This document shows positions 31,837-32,000 of a stretch of DNA of 32,000 nt, one piece after another. The notes beneath the pieces were generated by a model, which was given only the letters and a program-made list of their open reading frames with translations, searched no databases and was not told the DNA's origin. Every line of letters starts with the position of its first letter. Positions within the stretch are counted from its first letter, which is position 1. The translations under genes and the position numbers were made by a program. The stretch covers positions 1,200,001 to 1,232,000 of the forward strand of contig NC_002677.1 in NCBI RefSeq assembly GCF_000195855.1. The letters are read 5' to 3'. The stretch comes from Mycobacterium leprae TN (GTDB taxonomy: Bacteria > Actinomycetota > Actinomycetes > Mycobacteriales > Mycobacteriaceae).

Positions 31837-32000
31837 ATGGCGGCGATGAAGCCTCGGACCGGAGACGGTCCTCTGGAAGCGACGAAGGAGGGGCGAGGTA
31901 TCGTGATGCGCGTACCATTAGAGGGTGGCGGACGACTCGTTGTCGAGTTGACACCGGACGAAGCCGCCGCTCTGAGTGACGAACTTAAGGGCGTCACCAG
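31837..32000 (+). CDS. DUF3117-family small protein (Rv1211-like), partial at window end
   Basis: MAAMKPRTGDGPLEATKEGRGIVMRVPLEGGGRLVVELTPDEAAALSDELKGVT...; GGAGG upstream of the ATG. An in-frame upstream ATG exists at 31777. Confidence 0.9.
   Translation, partial: MAAMKPRTGDGPLEATKEGRGIVMRVPLEGGGRLVVELTPDEAAALSDELKGVT

Noticed and set aside
1-32000. CRISPR array, prophage, tRNA/rRNA, retron or toxin-antitoxin operon
   Set aside because: No regularly spaced repeats, tRNA-like cloverleafs, rRNA cores, phage structural genes or reverse transcriptase motifs were seen by eye. The DUF559/AbiEi-like relic has no partner gene that I could recognise.

Overview
This window matches a Mycobacterium leprae-like chromosome: intact genes alternate with heavily decayed pseudogenes. 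My gene calls rest on recognising protein sequences; no database search was run. From left to right: an ArsA/ArsB-type permease (partial, -); a CBS-domain protein (-); dxs (+); a decayed region of about 1.7 kb holding a perfect 50-bp palindrome; an RNase D-like protein (-); a DUF3000-type protein (-); an echA15 relic (-); hemE, hemY/cgoX and hemQ/chdC (+); a methyltransferase relic (+). Next is a decayed zone (about 12.1-17.1 kb) with a DUF559/AbiEi-like relic (-), an IS607-family tnpA-tnpB relic (-) and an alpha/beta-hydrolase relic (+). Then come fadD36 (+); a PucR/CdaR-like regulator (-); PE, PPE, esxK-like and esxL-like genes (+); a second PPE relic (+); dapD (-); dapE (+); a LuxR-type large ATPase relic (-); a LOG-family protein (+); an fadD6 relic (+); folP2, gpgS, a DivIVA-like protein and tagA (+); and a DUF3117 protein (partial, +). 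I found no convincing new biological system. The best second-look items are the IS607 TnpA/TnpB (Cas12-ancestor family) relic at a probable synteny breakpoint, the 24-bp-arm palindrome at 4301-4350, the two collapsed PPE genes around esxK/esxL, and the divergent loops of FolP2.
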